Part shown: positions 61,380-64,000 of the stretch, piece by piece | How the letters are laid out: each line of letters starts with the position of its first letter | Numbering within the stretch: position 1 is the stretch's first letter | The notes under the pieces: model-generated | What the model saw: the letters and a program-made list of their open reading frames with translations, nothing else | The model's database searches: none | Told to the model about the DNA's origin: nothing | Position numbers and translations under genes: made by a program | Assembly (NCBI RefSeq): GCF_036321535.1 | Contig: NC_087436.1 | Span: forward strand, 80,106,001-80,170,000 | Reading direction: 5' to 3' | Length of the DNA stretch: 64,000 nt | Source: Camelus dromedarius | Taxonomy: Eukaryota

Positions 61380-62480
61380 CTCTGGTCCTACTAACAAATC
61401 TTGAAAGCAAGACCTAAATTTATCTTGTGTCCCAGAACAAAATTCAACAATATTTTCATATTTGGCATTGAATCAAGGAGTACCCGGCATATTAAAAGAA
61501 AAGCATGAGAAAACAAAGAGGAAAAAAATGAATTAATTGAAATTGACCCGGATGTTAGAATTAACAGGCAAGAGCCTTAAAATAGTTTTTTTTTTTAATT
61601 TTCCAAAATTTAAGTAGAGACATAGGAGATATATATATTTTTTAATCCAAACTCAGCCTCTGGAGATTAAAAACGGTAGTGTGTAAGATGGAAAAATACA
61701 CTTGATGAGATTAATGGCAGATCAGATATTGCAAAAGGATATATTAGTGAAGTATAAGATAAAAATATTAACTATCCAAAAGAAAATAAAAGAAGAAAAA
61801 GAAACTTTAAATATGAAAAGACCATCACTGAACGTGAATAACTTTAAGCACCCTAATATATGTGTAATTGGAAGCTCCAAAGGAGAGAGAGAATGGAAAA
61901 AAGTTTGAAGAACTAGTGGCAAATTTTTTTCCAAATTTGATGAAATCCACAGATCCAAGAAGTTCAATGAAACAAATGCCCAAGAATATGAAGGAAACCA
62001 CACCAAAGAACATCCTAAGTAAATTTTCAAAACCAGTCATAAGAAAGTCTCAGAGGCACCCAGAAGGGAAAGTCATCTCCTATTCAGATGAAAAAAAATA
62101 AGAATGACACTGATTTCTTGTAAAAAAAAAAAAAAAAATGCAATGAGGAAAACAGCAGTATCTTTACAGCACTGAAAGAAAAAAAGGCTGTCAACCTAGA
62201 ATTCTATACTAGCAAAAATACGCTTCACAAATGAAGATCAAAGCAAACACCTTTTTATCCATACAAAAGCTGAAAGAATTCATTACAAGCAGACTCACAT
62301 TACAAAAGACGTTAAAGGAAGCCCTTCAGGCAGAAAGAAAATAGCCATTGGAACTATGGCTGTACATAGAGGAATAAAGAGTACCAGGAATGGTAACTTC
62401 ATGTGTAAATACATGACTTCTTGCTTACAATATAAATCTCTTTAAAAAATAACAGACTGTTTAAACAAAATATTAAAAAT
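61380..62480 (+). mobile_element. Ancient L1 5'/ORF1 remnant
   Basis: Fragmented ORF1 motifs NFKHPNICVIG (61702..61908) and FEELVANFFPNLMK..TTPKNI (61868..62101); downstream tgtcaacctagaattctatact encodes CQPRILY. Confidence 0.8.
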
Positions 62481-62599
62481 GTACTATCAACCAAAAATCA
62501 TTATTTTGACTTAAACTGAACCCTCTCCCTGAGGTCTTTTATAACTACTAAGAGTACCCTCATCATCTTCACCATCATTATTTTCATCATTATTGCTAT

Positions 62600-62770
62600 G
62601 TTGTCTCAATTAGTCTTCACAACCATCCTATGAGCTCAGGACTCTTGCTATTCCCATTTATAGGTAAGGAAAATGCAACACAAGAGGAAACTGCCCAAAG
62701 ACACAAGGCATGACAGTAGTAGAGGTAGGATTGCAATCTGGCCGTCTGACCCCTGTGCCTACACACAGTG
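62600..62770 (-). mobile_element. MIR SINE
   Basis: tcttcacaaccatcctatgag...attcccatttataggtaaggaaa...ctgcccaaagacaca. Confidence 0.75.
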
Positions 62771-63099
62771 GCACCATGTCTATCAGTCACTCATTCATGA
62801 AATAAATATTTATTGAGTGTCTTCCATGTGCCAGAATCCATGCCAGGCTCCAGACACAAGGGTACCAAGCAGCAGGCAGGAGCAGAATGTACCCTGAAAA
62901 GCATGGGAAAGAAGCAGAAGAGGAAAGGGGTGGGGATGTGTGGGATAATTGGGGAGATGGAGGATTAGAGCTCTACCTTGGCTTATCTCGGTGGTTTACT
63001 GGTGGAAAAACTTAGAATTCCCTGTAGGATTTGGCTTCAGCTTTTGCCATGTGTCCTGCCTCTTTCGGTGTAGCCTCTGGAGCCTGGTTAACCAACTAA

Positions 63100-63250
63100 A
63101 GGTTGGCTCCATCACTTATAACCTGGGGCAGGAGTCTGTTAATTCTCTGGGTTTCCCCTCCAAAACAGAGATCTCAACTCTCAGAGCCTGCCTCCTCAAA
63201 CTGAACTGTTGGAAGAATTAAAGGAATGAGTCCATGCAGATACAGCACTT
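63100..63250 (+). mobile_element. MIR SINE
   Basis: ggctccatcactt...acctggggcagg...aattctctgggtttccc...gttggaagaattaaa...cagcactta. Confidence 0.6.
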
Positions 63251-64000
63251 AAAACTTTTCTTGGTTCCCCAGACAACTTCCTCTAGAAAATGTGGTGCCC
63301 ACAGCCCATGTGGTTAATAATCTAGAAGACTTCTCCCAATCAGAGTAATCCCCAGGCTGAAGAGAAGAATTTCCTCCTGCTATTTTCTCCCAGAGAAAGA
63401 AGGATAATATGCAGTTACCCAAAGACTTCTTAAAAGACAGATCAAAAATGTCTGAGCAGGGGATGATCCTTTTAAAAATGGAAAACTCTGGTCTCCTTGG
63501 TCTAAACCCATCCTCAGGCCACATCCTTTCCCCCTGGCAGCTATTTAGAATTACAGTAATAGTTATCTTTGGTTGACTGACCTGAGGAGCTAGGAGCTAT
63601 AAGCACATTCATTTAAAATTAAAAGAAAAAAAAAATCCTGAAATCCTTACTGAACTACTGGTTCCAAAAGACTTAAACTCAAAATCAAGCTCAATTAAAT
63701 TTCATATCTAGTTCCATTCCATCTCAGTCCTAAACTTATGCTTTATTCATTTATTATTTATATCAATAATTATTTTTATTTCTATTTATTGTTTATTTAT
63801 AGCTCACTCATCATGCAATATTAACCAGGCTATAACACAGGCTCTGATGGAAAGGTAGACTCCTTTTTCATTTGCCTTGATAAATATTTCAAACTGGTAG
63901 CCAAAATGCACAATTTCTCCATTTTTACATAAGCTCCTTGATGTGCTAGGTTATGAAGCACTACAAATTCTTTGCTATGGGTCCCAAAAGAAGTGCCTAT

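Noticed and set aside
1..64000. CRISPR arrays, operons or prokaryotic defence/RT systems
   Set aside because: The sequence is mammalian (L1, L2, MIR, MER, MLT content). The only RT coding sequence belongs to LINE elements, and no repeat-spacer array was seen.

Overview
Mammalian genomic DNA, most likely camelid (alpaca/llama/camel), judged from a vic-1-like tRNA-derived SINE at 44445-44567. I found no host protein-coding exon, so the window reads as a long intron or intergenic region. Interspersed repeats occur throughout: LINE-1 of several ages, L2, MIR, ERVL/MaLR LTRs and hAT-Charlie DNA transposons. The main feature is a full-length 6.76 kb minus-strand LINE-1 (29722-36484). It has a perfect 16-bp target-site duplication (TSD), a CpG-rich 5'UTR, ORF1, a ~400-bp inter-ORF spacer and ORF2. 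It is inactivated by stops, frameshifts and a YADD->YAED change in the RT active site. All long ORFs in the track are L1 ORF1/ORF2 fragments or their antisense shadows. Repeat-poor blocks at ~8.5-11.3 kb and ~56.3-60.2 kb carry promoter/enhancer-like motifs and strong splice signals. These may be conserved regulatory elements or non-coding exons, but the host gene cannot be identified from sequence alone. Repeat subfamily names were assigned by eye from remembered consensus features and need RepeatMasker/Dfam confirmation. I see no convincing novel biological system. The best leads are a possible translational 'bridge' ORF in the L1 spacer, an antisense exon in the L1 5'UTR, and an RE1-like/AG|GT block near 57.5-57.7 kb.
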